Shown: positions 55,617 to 56,002 of the stretch, one piece after another
How the letters are laid out: every line of letters starts with the position of its first letter
How positions within the stretch are numbered: the stretch's first letter is position 1
IMG/VR virus record: IMGVR_UViG_3300021197_000758
Coordinates: 1-56,002 of that record
Direction: 5' to 3' (one strand)
Source of the DNA: a virus
Lineage: Duplodnaviria > Caudoviricetes
DNA length: 56,002 nucleotides
Program-made: the position numbers and the translations under genes
Notes under the pieces: model-generated
Databases searched by the model: none
Told to the model about the DNA's origin: nothing
The model's input: only the letters and a program-made list of their open reading frames with translations

Positions 55617-55671
55617 ATGTCCAAAAAGTGGACAATAGATACTTACTCTTATATTAATAAGCTAATGTCCA
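55617..55671. repeat. pseudo-palindromic element, copy 2, with inverted core
   Basis: ATGTCCAAAAAG-TGGACAATAG-ATACTTACTCTTATATTAATAAG-CTAATGTCCA; arms identical to copy 1, core matches the reverse complement of the copy-1 core at 19/23. Confidence 0.85.
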
Positions 55672-56002
55672 TATTTTGTGCAATAGTTTTTTAATAAAAA
55701 AACCTTGTACTTTCAGCGTGTTGTGAGCTATAGAGAGTATTTGGGTAATACAACAAATTTTAGAGCGCCACCCCTAAAGGAAAACGCATTTCATTCGACC
55801 CAGCCCCACCCCAATTTCAGCATTCAGAATTAAAGTTTCAGCTAATGCATAAGATTCTTAGGCATCTTTCAACTATTACCTAGGAGTCTTAGGTATTTAT
55901 CTCAGTCTTTCGGTTATAAGGAGTGAACGTATTACCTTATCCCATATCTTAAAGCATCAATAACCATCTAAACAAAAACTATCTTTTTACTTACTCATCT
56001 AC

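Noticed and set aside
1-56002. tRNA/rRNA genes, integrase, transposase, alternative genetic code
   Set aside because: None recognised by eye; genes are full length in the standard code and use TAA, TAG and TGA as stops. A tRNAscan run would be needed to exclude tRNAs formally

Overview
This 56-kb window is most of the genome of a lytic dsDNA tailed phage (podovirus-type gene set), very probably infecting Bacteroidota/Flavobacteriia. Support for that host: TAnnTTTG promoter boxes, A-rich leaders without Shine-Dalgarno sites, and a gene set reminiscent of marine Cellulophaga phi38:1-like phages. Left arm (+ strand, 1-13210): DnaA-C-terminal-domain protein, HTH/Rep-like protein, sigma70-type factor, Sak/Rad52-like annealase with a PD-(D/E)XK exonuclease, SSB-like protein, T7 gp4/Twinkle-type primase-helicase, metallophosphoesterase, endonuclease I-like resolvase, ThyA and class II RNR. 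No DNA polymerase or integrase is visible. Right arm (- strand, 55454-13312): tail/receptor-binding genes, GroEL-GroES, small basic proteins, lysis genes, terminase, portal, scaffold, capsid, tail/ring proteins and three putative ejected proteins. The arms converge on a bidirectional terminator. Most interesting signals: (1) the 3287-aa protein is a polyvalent protein in which an unknown module, a SAM methyltransferase and an ADP-ribosyltransferase-like module follow a HEXXH peptidase as in-frame cassettes, each closed by a 21-bp repeat encoding PQ(T/I)RQQ(K/Q); (2) a ~55-bp pseudo-palindromic element occurs at both ends of the window with same-orientation arms but an inverted 23-bp core, and one copy covers the start codon of the HTH/Rep-like gene; (3) an ejection protein and an unrelated small protein 19 kb away share a 26-aa N-terminal leader; (4) a tail module is duplicated, once fused and once split. 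All family calls come from motif recognition by eye; no database search was run.
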